Shown here: one piece after another, positions 63,275 through 64,000 of the stretch
Layout: every line of letters begins with the position of its first letter
Position numbering within the stretch: the first letter of the stretch is position 1
Virus genome (UHGV): UHGV-0086135
Origin: a virus
Direction: 5' to 3' (one strand)
Length of the DNA: 64,000 bases
Notes under the pieces: model-generated
What the model saw: only the letters and a program-made list of their open reading frames with translations
What the model was told of the DNA's origin: nothing
Databases searched by the model: none
Program-made: the position numbers and the translations under genes

Positions 63275-63908
63275 ACGCTTTTTTCATGGCCTCTGCGAGA
63301 GCCATATAGGCGTCATCGGCACTTGTATCGGCTTCCGCCGTCTGTGATTCGGTAATTTCCTTAGGAGTTACCCATGCATCTGGAGCACTTGGGCCCCATA
63401 CTGCATCAACACCTACAGTTAATTTGAATCCTTCGTTTACGATACGATAACCTTTATTTGTGTCAGTCAATGAACCTAATCCACGAGAAGAAACTCCTGG
63501 AATCCATCCGGCACGAATATTAGCTGCTAATTTATCTCCAGGACCATGGTCACCTTCAATAACACGAGCTCGTCCGTATACGTCATTTCCTTTCCACCAC
63601 ATATCTTCTATAATGATAGCGGCTTGCATCGGGTCAACATTAGCGCGTGGAGGATGATTTAATTCTCCGAGAGCTTGTTTAGTTAAAACTTGCTCATTGA
63701 TATAGTCTTTTACCGCTTTTTCTAATATGCGTTTTGGATAAAGACGTTTATTTCTATTGACGACTTCCGCTTGCATGAATATTCCTTCGATGTATAAACC
63801 AGGTTTTAAACCGAGGTCTTTTCCATCATGAGATTCAAGCATTGGCACGCCATCAATAATTTCGCCAGGTTGACCCCAAGTTTCAATTAGTAATTGGGGT
63901 TCATTCAT
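63270..63908 (-). CDS. 21: prohead core protease gp21 (212 aa)
   Basis: Sequence [58 protein letters not shown]... matches recalled T4 gp21. Confidence 0.95.
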   Translation of the reverse strand: MNEPQLLIETWGQPGEIIDGVPMLESHDGKDLGLKPGLYIEGIFMQAEVVNRNKRLYPKRILEKAVKDYINEQVLTKQALGELNHPPRANVDPMQAAIIIEDMWWKGNDVYGRARVIEGDHGPGDKLAANIRAGWIPGVSSRGLGSLTDTNKGYRIVNEGFKLTVGVDAVWGPSAPDAWVTPKEITESQTAEADTSADDAYMALAEAMKKAL

Positions 63909-64000
63909 TAGCTTAATCCTAATGCTTTACGGCGTTTAAGAGCTTTTTTACGCTTACGCTGAGCACGAGATTGACCTGCTGGATTGGCAATCTTCGTTTT
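63908..64000 (-). CDS. 68: 3' end of a prohead core protein gene, presumed gp68 (start outside window)
   Basis: Open minus-strand frame to window edge ending ...[28 protein letters not shown]; TAATG overlap with gene 21 start; assignment is positional. Confidence 0.5.

Noticed and set aside
47242-63657. Plus-strand and nested ORFs inside the late structural genes (47242-47460, 47438-47746, 48649-48831, 49202-49441, 49844-50038, 52321-52530, 53242-53499, 54515-54718, 55487-55780, 55710-56063, 59865-60059, 60131-60379, 61977-62225, 62734-63078, 63460-63657)
   Set aside because: Each overlaps a recognised gene on the opposite strand or in another frame; for example the Ser-rich 62734-63078 product is the antisense image of the Glu/Lys-rich gp22 sequence.

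Overview
This 64-kb window is a contiguous segment of a T-even (T4-like, Tequatrovirus) coliphage genome, colinear with the T4 map but in reverse-complement orientation (early and middle genes on +, late structural genes on -). All product calls rest on the supplied ORF track plus recalled T4 protein sequences, gene order and promoter consensus; no database search, HMM or alignment was run, and coordinates of non-coding motifs are hand-counted (about +/-2 nt). Gene order: a partial early ORF and small early ORFs, ndd, stp, ac, 52, motA, arn, asiA | holin t, 38, 37, 36, 35, 34 (-) | rnh, dsbA, 33, 59, 32, five small ORFs, frd, td, nrdA, nrdB, denA, rnlA(63), pseT, cd, 31, rIII, nine small ORFs, DNA ligase 30, two tandem alt-like genes | 54, 48, 29, 28, 27, 51 (-) | 26, 25, uvsY | uvsW (-) | inh-like, hoc, rnlB | 24, 23, 22, 21 and the 3' end of a presumed gene 68 (-). 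No rRNA, tRNA, CRISPR or mobile element was found. Differences from T4 as I recall it: td and nrdB are uninterrupted, and no homing-endonuclease ORFs sit at the nrdB-denA, 59-32, 23-24 or uvsW-inh junctions; gp38 is the long T2/T6-type adhesin with poly-glycine tracts; Hoc is expanded to five Ig-like repeats; a 68-aa ORF sits between frd and td. The best candidates for undescribed function are a NADAR/YbiA-like small protein next to DNA ligase (possible ADP-ribose-processing anti-defence enzyme), the two diverged Alt ADP-ribosyltransferase paralogs, and a roughly 350-bp GC-richer non-coding island after rIII.
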